NCBI GenBank assembly: GCA_053919585.1
Contig: CM132813.1
Strand: one strand, 5' to 3'
DNA length: 64,000 nucleotides
Source of the DNA: Euprymna scolopes
Taxonomy: Eukaryota
Within the stretch, counting starts at the first letter, position 1, and every line of letters begins with the position of its first letter. The position numbers and the translations under genes are program-made. The notes under the pieces are model-generated. The model was given only the letters and a program-made list of their open reading frames with translations. It did not search any database and had not been told where the DNA came from. Positions 53,397 through 62,082 of this stretch are shown here, piece by piece.

Positions 53397-56300
53397 GTGT
53401 CCAGCTAGAGATAGAATCGGTTGGATAGAGAAGAGGGGTTGGAGAGAAATGGATAAAGAGAGGTAGAGAGATATAAGTTTTTAATAGAAATAAGTTCTTC
53501 TTTTGTCCCAGGCAATGCCGAGTAACCCTGCTAGTAATATATAAAATTCTATTTTTTTTCTCTTCCATCCATCTTTTATTTTCTTATCATAGATATCAAC
53601 TGAGTGCACTTCTTCAATCATATTCAGTGTGTAGATCGCACTTTGAATAGATGATGTGCTGTCTATTCTACTCAATCCTGAATACAAGCAACTTTCTTTT
53701 TCTTTTTTTTTATTATGTACTAACCTGAGTGCCCGGCGTTGCACAGGTGCTTGGAGGTGTGTGTGTGTTGAGAAAAAAAAAAAAAAAAAGTGGTAGTAGG
53801 CAGGCTTGAACTCATACCATGGGCGGGGAGAAATAAAAAAAAAAAAAAGTGAAATCTTTGCTGTTGCGACCATCGCCAAATCGGAAGTGACAAATGTTTA
53901 AATTAAGACTAGTCAATCGAAAAGAGGGGATGACTTTCGAAAATATCAGCAAAAAAAGCGACCCCTCCCTGTAGAAAAGTGCCCAGTTGAGGGTGAAGAA
54001 ATTAATGTTTTTGGCCAATTTTTTTATATTTGTCGTCCCAAGGGTCGAGCTTAAAAACGATACCAATCTTGTGAAAACCTGTCGCTCTGTCGAAAGTTTT
54101 GCAAGACATACATGCATACATTTAAACAGACAGGTGAGATTTATATTATAGATGGGAGTTACTTATCAGGGCCCAAAGGCCACTTGAGGATAAGGGTAAA
54201 TAATTGTATGGTAGTAAATGAAACAGCATATTAATAGTTATTGGTAGAAATGGATTATTTAGGGGGACAGCTTGACAAGAATTTTTTCACATTGGACTCT
54301 AGGATTACCATATCGTAGTCAGCTGGAAAGCAGGCCAGTAGAACGGAATTCCACAGGCGGGCAGTTCTAAGAAAAAAACTTTGTTCACGGAATTTGCATT
54401 TAGATTTAGGCGCAGATAGAGTGAGGGAAACTGTTAGTAGTCGGTGTAGCTGGGCGAGAGTTTTTTGTGAAAATTTAGCAAAGAGGGGAACCATATATTG
54501 AAGCTCAGACTGAACACAGGAATTGGAATAGAATCAGGCAAGTTTTAAGCACAGCAAAAATATAGTGTCAACTTGTGATATCTCGTTTATTTAGCATTTT
54601 ATAAATACGCAATGTGTGATTAGTCCCCCCCCCCCGGAACTAGATCAAATTAGGTTATTTTTGGTGATTTATTCATTATTTTTTTTTTTTTTTTTTTGCA
54701 TGAAAAAAAAAAAAAAAAAGTTTCACAAATTTGGTGTGCATGATATAGTGTCTATGCATATAAAGACAGTTCCATCTAATATATTTTCTTCTCTAGTCGT
54801 CTAATGCAGATGACGCCAAATCAATTTTGATTTAAAATTTTTTTGTAAAGTTAAACTTTTTAATGTTTATATGTACATGTTTTTTTTTTTGTTATTTTCT
54901 TTGTTTCCTATTTATTATTCATTTACTATAAATTTTTATTTTCTATTTTAGTTTTATTTTAATTTAAGTTTTTTTTAACTCTTTATTAAAATGGACAGTT
55001 TAAGTACAGTTTTTATGCCTTTCAAAGATCTATCCGTCTACATAAACAGTTCTTAGATATAAAATTTTGGTTTGGTATAGCCAGTAATCGCACAATTCGA
55101 AGCTGTATAAAGAATAAAGATATTAATGAAAACAATAGGTGGGGACCCTTAAGTTTAACTACTTTAATAGGGATTAGGGCACTTATTTTTTTTTTCATAA
55201 TTTTCTTTATTTGAAAGGTAATTTTTCATTTAAAAAAAAAAAAAACATTAAACAAAAGGATTTTTTTTTTTAATAACTCAAATTTTTTTGTGTTTTACAA
55301 ATTACATCATCAGGATATAGAATTTCAAGCCTTTGGTTTCTTCAGCCTACTGTTCTCATCTCGAGTTATTCTCACAACATTTCAGCCAATTTAACCTCTG
55401 ATCATCTTCATGTGTATCTTGTTGAACTCATGGAATCTGCATTGAATTTGGAACAGAACTGTTGCAATATTTTGGACTTGTAATGGGGTATGATCCCACA
55501 CAGTCGGACGATTCTATTTATAAACGATGCTGCTAAGAACTGACGAATCAAACTAATTCACGTTCTGCTACCAAACCAATCAGAAACCAGAATTGCTTCA
55601 TAAATATTAAACCTTTTCTGGAGCAATTTCACATGTTCTTTTCCCGGGTTTCGACACGGTAAGAATATTTTGTTCTGTGGAACTGTCTACTACAAATAAG
55701 TCACCTCCCAGGACTTGTGTGTAACAGCGAACCATCTGAAACTGTTCTGAAACTCAAAATGGCTTACACTTCTAGAAGAACTCTTTATTTAATCTGCGAG
55801 GGTAGCAAGCTCGTGTTCTATCAGCCGTGACCAGGTAGAAGTGTTAAGTAATTCGCAATTATATTCTTAGTATCACCCGCACTGAGGACTGAACCATTCA
55901 GCCTCCAAAAGAGTGTCACTTAAACCTGAATTTTACTATGTACTTTATCCATTATGTAGTGAGCTATTGCTACCCCTCACTCTGGATTCAATAAAGAGTT
56001 CTCTTCAAAATTCCATGCAGATTCCCCACTTCAACAAAACGTACCTGGAGAAGATCAGAGATTACATCGGTTGAAATGTAAGAACAATACTTAAGATGAG
56101 AACAGTAGTTTGAATAATACAAATTATCAATCTTCATTTCAAAAATTCAGAAACAATTTTAGGCAGTCAAATTGATTTCCTAAGCATTTTAAAATCTTAA
56201 AGTCTGTTCTGACCTTTTGACCTTCGTGAATACATCACATTTTGCGGCACTAGAAAAATGTGCTATCTGTATAAAATGCTTTCATAAGACAATGTGTGCA

Positions 56301-56499
56301 TGTATGTGCAAGTATAAAATAGCAACATGAAAAGTGTATGTGTTGCTATCTTTTCTCTACTTATTTCTTATTTGGTGACATGTAGGAAAACAATGTTTTT
56401 TGAAAAGACACAGTTGAAAATTTTGTTTTCCTACATGTCACCAAATAAGAAATAAGTAGAAGATATAAACATATACACTTTTCATGTTGCTATTTTATA

Positions 56500-56562
<63 letters not shown>

Positions 56563-59500
56563 CTGTGTGTGTAAGGAGTTAGTGGTGGAATCCAATCAAA
56601 AATAAAATTACAAATATAGCAGGAAGCAATTGGAAAAAAAGTAATTCCACAAGTGGGGAAAATTGCAAGTTTATTAGCAGTTCTTTATCTGAATGCATCT
56701 TAAAATGTCGGTGTATGGAGGGGGGGGAGGCTGAACTATTATTGGTCAGGAGAGATAGAGAGAGACAGAAGAAATGTGAAAGCGAGTAAGCAGAGTGATA
56801 GAAGGAAAGAGTGTGTTCCAATCAGAATTGATATTGGGTTTTTCTGCTGCCAATGAGAAATATGCCAACCATTAATACAAATGCACTGGAAATAGGAAGG
56901 AGGTGTGTGTGTGGCGAGGGTGGGGGCACATTATATTAAAAAAAAAAAACAATCCCCCCCCCCTGTACTTTACAAACATTTAAAGCATCAAACATCTTTT
57001 GAGACATAGAGAAAAGGCTAGAGAGAGACAGAGAAAAGGCTAGAGAGAGACAGAGAAAAGGCTAGAGAGAGACAGAGAAAAGGCTAGAGAGAGACAGAGA
57101 AAAGGCTAGAGAGAGACAGAGAAAAGGCTAGAGAGAGACAGAGAAAAGGCTAGAGAGAGACAGAGAAAAGGCTAGAGAGAGACAGAGAAAAGGCTAGAGA
57201 GAGACAGAGAAAAGGCTAGAGAGAGACAGAGAAAAGGCTAGAGAGACAGAGAAAAGGCTAGAGAGAGACAGAGAAAAGGCTAGAGAGAGACAGAGAAAAG
57301 GCTAGAGAGAGACAGAGAAAAGGCTAGAGAGAGACAGAGAAAAGGCTAGAGAGAGACAGAGAAAAGGCTAGAGAGAGACAGAGAAAAGGCTAGAGAGAGA
57401 CAGAGATAGAGAAAAGGCTAGAGAGAGACAGAGATAGAGAAAAGGCTAGAGAGAGACAGAGATAGAGAAAAGGCTAGAGAGAGACAGAGATAGAGAAAAG
57501 GCTAGAGAGAGACAGAGATAGAAAAAGACTAGAGAGAGACAAAGAGAGACAAAGAGAGAGAGGCAGACAGACAAAGAGACATAAATAGAGAGAGAAAGTG
57601 ACAGAAGAAACGTGAGAGAGACAGAAAGAGAGAGAAAATGCACATATGTAAAAGCGTGTGCATACACAAGAAGAGAGCAAGTGTTTCCTGTGCAATATGC
57701 AACTCCCAAAATGGAGGTGGTTTATGAGCTTATCTTTGAGCATAGACATTTAACCCGATTCCAGCAGCAATTACTCCTAGATGGGTTGAACTAGCTTCCC
57801 TCGAAGGAAAAAGTGTCAAGGAATATTAAATTCACATATGCAGTCGCATGTATATCCCGATCAGAGGATATGATGACATTTTTGTAGTTCTTGCAGAGAA
57901 AGATGTCAACATCCTCCTACATACATACATACATACATACATACATACATACATACATACATACATACATACATACATTGCCTGGTATTTCTAAATTAGT
58001 CACCAATCTGGTAGTCAATGTTGCTTAACTTTGGTAATCTCACGAGAACCCTCGTGTCAATGTGATTATGCTGTATATTCAATACATGGCCCCTCTATGC
58101 CTTACATCATCAATTGCTATTCGTTGTTTTAACTTGAGACACTTGTCTTAGAACTTTCCAATAGCATCTCATATCATGGCAATAAGTGCAGGCTCTGTCA
58201 CATACAAGTAGAGAGTGTGAGCCGTTTGACATGTAATTGTAAAGTTCTGCTCCTCACTCATAAGTAACAAAATTTTGTTCATTTCATTCATCATTTTCAA
58301 TAATATCTCATCATATTTTTCATCATTTAACTGAGAATACGCGCAGGACATGAATCCTCATCCTCAAATGGTTTTTGGCCTTAAGTGGTGACTTAATATA
58401 AAACAAAAAAGCAACAGATTAGATATATTTTTTATGCTACCCATGAGTCTAATAATACAACTCTTTTAAAAAGCATAAGACAAACAGAATTAGTTGGCAT
58501 CGATAGTCAATTCTCTAGAGTTTTGAAACTGATTAAACTTAAGGTCATCTAATTAAGTCCAGTAAGTAATTGTATCATAGTTTGACCTCTGATGTCGGTT
58601 GACATCAATCTGAGAATGTTGAGTAGCAATATAGAGTGTGCGCATTTGTTGCATGCGTGCTTGCTCAATTAAAGACTGGCGACATGCTATAAAAAGTAAA
58701 AGCCTGAGAGTCAATGTTGCCAAAACTAAAGTGATGATCAGTGGTTGCACATGGTGGAACAATAAGTGTTGTCCTAAAGAAAACAACACTACAGCTTTAG
58801 TTTTAAACTTTTATTGAAAAAAAAAAGCAATTCAGGTAACTTGATTATGTAGTAGAGCTGACATCTATTCAATGTAACTGCCTTCAGCCTCAATCATCAC
58901 CTCTATACGGGTCCAGGATTGGGAGCATGCCTTTTCTACAAGCGCCGACTGGAGCTTAGCAAATACTCTGTGGATGGCGGCGATCAGGCTGGCTTTGGTG
59001 TTGTGGGAGGTCATGTTGGTGATGTTCTTGACATTTGACCAAACAAAGTAGTCCAGCGGGTTCAGGTCGGGGGAAGAGGGGAGCAGTGAGAGAAAGATAC
59101 AAAGTCATAGCACTCCGTCTGAAGCCAAGCCTGGGTCTCTTTGGACTTGTGGGGGCAACGTCAAGTCCTGCTGCAACACCTAGAATCTGCCAGCAGTCAC
59201 GTGATTGCATCAGGGGATCACCACACATCAGCGTATTTGGTGTTGACTTTCAAGACAACTTCAAAGATGTGAAGTGGCATGATGTTGCTCTTAATTGAAA
59301 CTACACCAAAGACCATGACTGTGGCGGTAAACTTCGTTTTCATCACACTGGGCACGTCCTTATTATTTGTGGCAATCTAGCGATGCATTTTGAGGGCGCT
59401 GGCAATGGTCTTGTTGTCATAACTTGGATCAGTAGAGAGCATGAGTTGTACAGCGGCGCATCTCCAATCTTGCTCGTTGAAAATTGTGTCACTTTCAGAC

Positions 59501-60262
59501 ATGATAGAAGGCTATTATCGCTGTTGGGATTTGTACACAACTGGCCAACTAATATAGGGTAGCAACAAAAAAAAACAAAAAAAAAACGATTTTCATTAAA
59601 CAGAAATGGAATCATGTCTTTTCTAGGGCGACAATTTTATCATTCCACCCTGTAGTGTTGGAGAGCCTACAGGAAGAGGAAAGTTTCCCTGCTCAATTTG
59701 TGGAAAGTCAAGTGTAACTAATTTCGCGGTACTTTTAAGTATTGCATAGACAAAAAGTATAGTGGAATCATTGGTAAGCTAAAAGAGAATAACTAGTTTG
59801 TGTGTAAAAAGTCTAAGGCAATGGCGACGGATGAAAACTCAGAAATGGTGACAGTATATCTGCATGGCAAACTTATCAAGATTATTTAGAAATTTTGTTG
59901 CCTTCATGATATGACATGATAGAACAGGTGTAAGTGTTGTTGTAAGAGTTAACCATGAATGAAGTAAGTTTAAGAACATTCTGCCATTACTAACCAGCAG
60001 AGTATTGCCGGTCCACCTAGGAAATAGTGTATCATCAGGTATATGTATGCAGTGTGATGATGTATGAAAGTGAAACCTAATAACTGATGGCTGAGGACGA
60101 GTGTTCAATAAAGAAAAATTATACGAGAATGATATGATGATTGTGCAGCATTCATGTCTTAACGTTGCCAGTGATTTTTTTCAACTAGAAATAATAAAAC
60201 ACTTATCTTTTGGCGATTGTGTTTTTTTCGCCGACAATCTTACAAAGCTAAGTAAAAAATGT

Positions 60263-60295
<33 letters not shown>

Positions 60296-61445
60296 AAAAC
60301 TAGCAAAGTCAAATTATTTTAATAGTAAAAGGTTTAATAAAATAATATACTTTTATTTTTCTAACGAAGGCTGTTAAACATCTGAAGAAATTTAAATGTT
60401 TATACCTTCAAATGTTAAAATTAGGTGCTTATTTAAAATTACATTAATTTAAAAAAAAAAAAAAAAATACAGAAACATCTTTAATGTAGTACTCGTTACA
60501 GAATAAAGATGTCATATTCCAAAAATCAGATGGCTTGGCTAGTAACTTTTCTATTTGCCTAATAAATGAAAATATTTAGTCAAAGGTCAATTAAAAGATA
60601 AGTTTGTCTGTAGAATCCTGATATTAAAGATGGGTTTAGTTCTGATGATCTCAGAGGATAATTAAATGTGGAAATAAGAAAACGTGTGCAATGGATTAGA
60701 CTGCTCGAGTTAATCACTGACCAACAGTTGAAGTGACAGAAACATGGGAGGAAGTGATGAGGATAGATTTGAGAGAAAAGAAGAATAAAGATCTGACCAG
60801 AAGATGTGAGGTGGTATGATGTGGCTCTCAATTAAAACCACACTAAAGACCATAACCATGGCTGATAACTGTTTCATCACACTAGACACGTCCCTGTTAT
60901 TTGTGGAAATCTAGCAATACATTTTGAGGATGCTGGCAATGGTCCTGTTGTCATAACTTTGATCAGTAGAGAGTATGAGTTATACAGCGGCACATTTCCA
61001 ATCTTGCTCGTTGAACATTGTGTCACTTTCAGACAGGATAGAAGGCTCCTATCGCTGTTGGGATTTGTACACAGTTGGCCAACTAGTAGATGGTTTGCAA
61101 CAAAAAAGAAAAAAACAAAAACATTTTCATCAAATGGAAATGGAATCATGTCGTCTTTCCTAGGGTGACAATTTTATCATTCCACCCTGTAATGTTGAAG
61201 AGCCTACAGGAAGGGGAAAGTTTCTCTGCTCAGTTTGTGGAAAGTCAATTCCTAGAAGCAGTCCGACACACATTAGCATGTAAAATATGAATATGGTGAT
61301 ACCTACCGCAGGATAGTCCAGCTTGAAGAAAGTTTCCAAGTTACTGTAGAGGTGAGGATCGACACCTGTTAAAGGCTTGATGATAGACACACCTCGCAAG
61401 TCTTCAGCAGAAGGGACAGGATTTGGACGATGAAGTCGATATTTC
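27865..61445 (-). CDS. UGCG: Ceramide glucosyltransferase (glucosylceramide synthase, GT21); 8 coding exons in window, first exon upstream of window
   Basis: Exons 61445-61307, 45875-45773, 42814-42713, 40488-40376, 39518-39340, 35758-35672, 34171-33982 and 28029-27865 all have AG/GT boundaries and compatible phases. Spliced product carries [46 protein letters not shown] and the (Q/R)xxRW motif RLIRW. Confidence 0.96.
28207..28494 (-). mobile_element. 5S rRNA-derived SINE (SINE3), family A copy 2, in last UGCG intron
   Basis: 5S-like head at 28385-28494 plus the same body as 23498-23782. Confidence 0.85.
30177..30348 (-). mobile_element. Mariner 3'-end fragment
   Basis: Reverse complement translates ...[25 protein letters not shown], a mariner-type C-terminus, followed by a TIR-like end. 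Confidence 0.65.
30440..30511 (-). mobile_element. tRNA-derived SINE head
   Basis: Reverse complement ggcatcgTGGCTCAGTGGtaaaacgcc...atgGGTTTGATCC (A and B boxes). Confidence 0.55.
30807..31836 (-). mobile_element. 5'-truncated CR1/L2-group non-LTR retrotransposon; RT C-terminal part with open frame
   Basis: Frame open 31836-30940 (~298 codons): LFLIYIND...YADDT...[11 protein letters not shown]...LGLTI..DLKW...[15 protein letters not shown]; 3' UTR and poly(A) at ~30807-30817. Confidence 0.92.
31933..32190 (+). mobile_element. tRNA-headed hammerhead-family repeat, head intact, ribozyme decayed
   Basis: TGGCATAGTGGATAAAGCAC A box; body matches reverse complement of 9850-10052 and 55780-55955. 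Confidence 0.7.
32941..33065 (+). mobile_element. Fragment of hammerhead-bearing repeat family
   Basis: cctaaagaaggttcagggttacatcagtcaaaacgttgc...tgagaacagc. Confidence 0.6.
33150..33520 (+). repeat. Interspersed repeat (second copy ~41548-42030)
   Basis: Shared gttttacggcatatcaacc.ttttc.ggtt..ttaatg..gaatccagt...gcagaacat..gttttgcaa...gatctggta.aacca. Confidence 0.65.
33982..34171 (-). CDS. UGCG: UGCG exon ([22 protein letters not shown]...[13 protein letters not shown])
   Basis: tttcag| acceptor, |gtaagt donor; 190 nt; hydrophobic C-terminal segment. Confidence 0.94.
35672..35758 (-). CDS. UGCG: UGCG exon ([29 protein letters not shown])
   Basis: Not in ORF track; translated by hand. ctgcag| acceptor after a pyrimidine tract, |gtttgt donor; 87 nt; supplies QNSGSY and RLIR(W). 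Confidence 0.92.
35891..36057 (+). mobile_element. U2-headed retroposon, diverged copy in UGCG intron (antisense to gene)
   Basis: tGTGTAGTATCTGTT head; aatttttatttttgtcc; tail accgaccttgcgtcttaatctgcccttgtggcatgtaaata. Confidence 0.7.
36320..37706 (-). mobile_element. Helitron-related segment (3'-part at 36320-36470, 5'-like end at ~37480-37706)
   Basis: 36320-36470 matches the reverse complement of 51390-51570; 37560-37706 has a Helitron-like 5' end layout. Confidence 0.45.
39340..39518 (-). CDS. UGCG: UGCG exon ([15 protein letters not shown]...[15 protein letters not shown])
   Basis: tttcag| acceptor, |gtgagt donor; 179 nt. Confidence 0.95.
39906..40265 (+). mobile_element. Helentron/HINE-like non-autonomous element
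   Basis: Starts AACAAG; internal duplicated block; (caaa/cgga)n microsatellite; terminal hairpin-like ...gcgggga followed by an A-rich end. Confidence 0.4.
40376..40488 (-). CDS. UGCG: UGCG exon ([38 protein letters not shown])
   Basis: ttctag| acceptor, |gtaatt donor; 113 nt. Confidence 0.93.
40986..41132. other. Assembly gap
   Basis: Run of N. Confidence 1.
42211..42473. repeat. Minisatellite, 18-bp unit (gatagaaaagaatagaga)
   Basis: Direct tandem repeats; gives IEKNRE-type pseudo-ORF. Confidence 0.95.
42713..42814 (-). CDS. UGCG: UGCG exon ([34 protein letters not shown])
   Basis: caacag| acceptor, |gtgagc donor; 102 nt. Confidence 0.93.
42925..43565. repeat. Minisatellite, 45-bp unit switching to 41-bp unit
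   Basis: (aacaactttttcatggaaatttcgttcttatataaatcgatcata)n, then a variant 4 nt shorter. Confidence 0.95.
43580..43800. mobile_element. Inverted pair of hammerhead-family repeat
   Basis: 43615-43660 inverted to 43670-43720; acac-CTGAAGA-aggttacattgatc-GAAACGTC. Confidence 0.7.
43905..44090 (+). mobile_element. tRNA-derived SINE with Meta/MESC-like core
   Basis: B box GGTTCAATCC, then gagttataccgtagactt(A)n...ttgatgcc..tttgcttaaacactcagcatta, resembling the Meta domain as I recall it. Confidence 0.55.
44421..44750 (+). mobile_element. 5S rRNA-derived SINE, family B (3' end approximate)
   Basis: atcacgttga...gatcactgaagttaagcaac...gtgaccatttgggaatacc 5S-like head, then taggaggatgt body shared with 57900-58077. 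Confidence 0.65.
44913..45382. mobile_element. hAT-like MITE (related copy ~46089-46970)
   Basis: CAGG.TTCATACA-type start, multiple ttttcaagg subterminal repeats. Confidence 0.4.
45773..45875 (-). CDS. UGCG: UGCG exon ([35 protein letters not shown])
   Basis: ttgcag| acceptor, |gtgagt donor; 103 nt. Confidence 0.94.
47267..47447 (+). mobile_element. U2-headed retroposon copy in UGCG intron
   Basis: AGATCAAAGTGTAGTATCTGTTCTT; 14-bp TSD acaa(t/c)catacacac (47253-47266, 47448-47461). Confidence 0.85.
48029..48201 (+). mobile_element. Non-autonomous Helitron (short)
   Basis: TC start; 3' end gagcaatgctgggtagcctgCTAC shared with 51570-51597. Confidence 0.55.
48449..49741 (-). mobile_element. 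Full-length mariner (DD34D) transposon, defective
   Basis: ~39-bp TIRs CGAGGGG..TGCAATAAGTAATG.CCCTGACCCACTTCC; transposase frame 49574-48522 (351 codons) with WIPRLL and [10 protein letters not shown]; in-frame TGA at 49443-49445; first catalytic D reads N (IIQNETW). Confidence 0.95.
51060..51597 (+). mobile_element. Non-autonomous Helitron (5' end approximate)
   Basis: Subterminal ctggccaatgctgg hairpin-like motif and terminal CTAG|T. Confidence 0.55.
51775..52299. other. Assembly gap
   Basis: Run of N. Confidence 1.
52905..53085 (+). mobile_element. U2-headed retroposon, highly diverged copy
   Basis: atcaaagcaaagtatctgttct head; aaattttgtc; tail aaaaactaaactcgtgtctaatactgg...aaggcaagtaaata. 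Confidence 0.55.
53720..54152 (-). mobile_element. Non-autonomous Helitron (sister of 61618-62082)
   Basis: Similar along its length to the reverse complement of 61618-62082; TC start, GC hairpin near 3' end. Confidence 0.75.
54160..54520 (-). mobile_element. CR1/L2-group LINE 3' fragment
   Basis: [11 protein letters not shown]...[12 protein letters not shown] matches the 30940-31578 protein. Confidence 0.85.
55332..56150. mobile_element. Inverted pair of tRNA-headed hammerhead-family repeat, interrupted by ~320-bp insertion
   Basis: Same layout as 9761-10237; B box GGTTCAGTCC on minus strand ~55886-55895; unrelated insert ~55461-55775. Confidence 0.7.
56311..56501. repeat. Near-perfect palindrome / MITE
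   Basis: agtataaaatagcaacatgaaaagtgtatg...tacttatttcttatttggtgacatgtaggaaaacaa with its reverse complement ~30 nt downstream. Confidence 0.85.
57005..57540. repeat. Minisatellite, 22-bp unit (gagaaaaggctagagagagaca), later 28-bp variant
   Basis: Direct tandem repeats. Confidence 0.95.
57900..58077 (-). mobile_element. 5S rRNA-derived SINE, family B copy with internal (ATGT)n expansion
   Basis: Reverse complement reads atcacattgacacg..ggttctcgtgagattaccaaagttaagcaac...ggtgac...gaaataccaggc-(atgt)n-aggaggatgt. Confidence 0.65.
58640..60165 (+). mobile_element. Decayed RTE/RTE-X-type LINE fragment interrupted by a DNA transposon
   Basis: [23 protein letters not shown] [insertion] [18 protein letters not shown]...YSGIIGKL...[13 protein letters not shown]...SVMMYESET. 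Confidence 0.75.
58750..59652 (-). mobile_element. Internally deleted Tc1/mariner element, DD37D(maT)-like
   Basis: TIR CAGGGTGGAATGATAAAATTGTCGCCCTAG next to TA, degenerate match at 58750; remnants [11 protein letters not shown], (W)[15 protein letters not shown], ...IEAEGSYIE*. Confidence 0.8.
60800..61248 (-). repeat. Second copy of the transposon end plus LINE flank seen at 59263-59711
   Basis: Colinear, diverged copy including ~60 bp beyond the TIR. Confidence 0.85.
61307..61445 (-). CDS. UGCG: UGCG exon ([46 protein letters not shown])
   Basis: tttgtag| acceptor, |gtaggt donor; 139 nt. Confidence 0.93.
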
Positions 61446-61617
61446 CTACAAAGAAAAAGGGGGGGAAAATGATAATTCTAGTTTATTGAAAAAAAATAGC
61501 ATTTCATCTTGAATTCATGAAATTAAAAACTTGCTTTTGATATTTTTGGTTTGGAGAAATTTCTTTCACATAACTTTTTTTCACCCCCTCCCCTTAAAAA
61601 AAAAAAAAAAATGCTCA

Positions 61618-62082
61618 TCTATATCTACAATATAAACCTCACCTGTCTGTTTAAATGTATTTATGTATGTATGTTTATATGTCTGCCTAAAACTTTCGAC
61701 GGAAGTGATGGATTTTCACGAGATCAGTATCATTTTGAAGCTCGACCCTTCAGATGACAAACATCGAAAAATTGGTTAAAAACATTAATTCTTTCACCCT
61801 CAACTGGGCACTTTTTTATAGGGAGAGGTCGCTTTTTTTTTTTCACTGATATTTTCGAAAGTAATCCCATCTTTTCGATTGACTAGCCTTAATTTAAACC
61901 TTAACCACTTCCGGTTTGGCGATGAACACAACGGAAAAGATGTCACCCCCCCCCACATTCTTTTCCTCCTTCGCAGTACAGGCTCAAGCCTACCCTACCT
62001 ACTACCACTTTTTTTTTTTTTTTTTTTCTTTTGCTTAACACACACCTCCAAACATCTGGCCAATGCCGGGCTTCCATGCTAG
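61618..62082 (+). mobile_element. Non-autonomous Helitron
   Basis: A|TC...hairpin ctggccaatgccggg...CTAG|T; no TSD. Confidence 0.75.

Noticed and set aside
59343-61149. Two paralogous 90-aa ORFs as a duplicated novel exon or gene
   Set aside because: They are an alternative frame of the duplicated deleted transposase segment.
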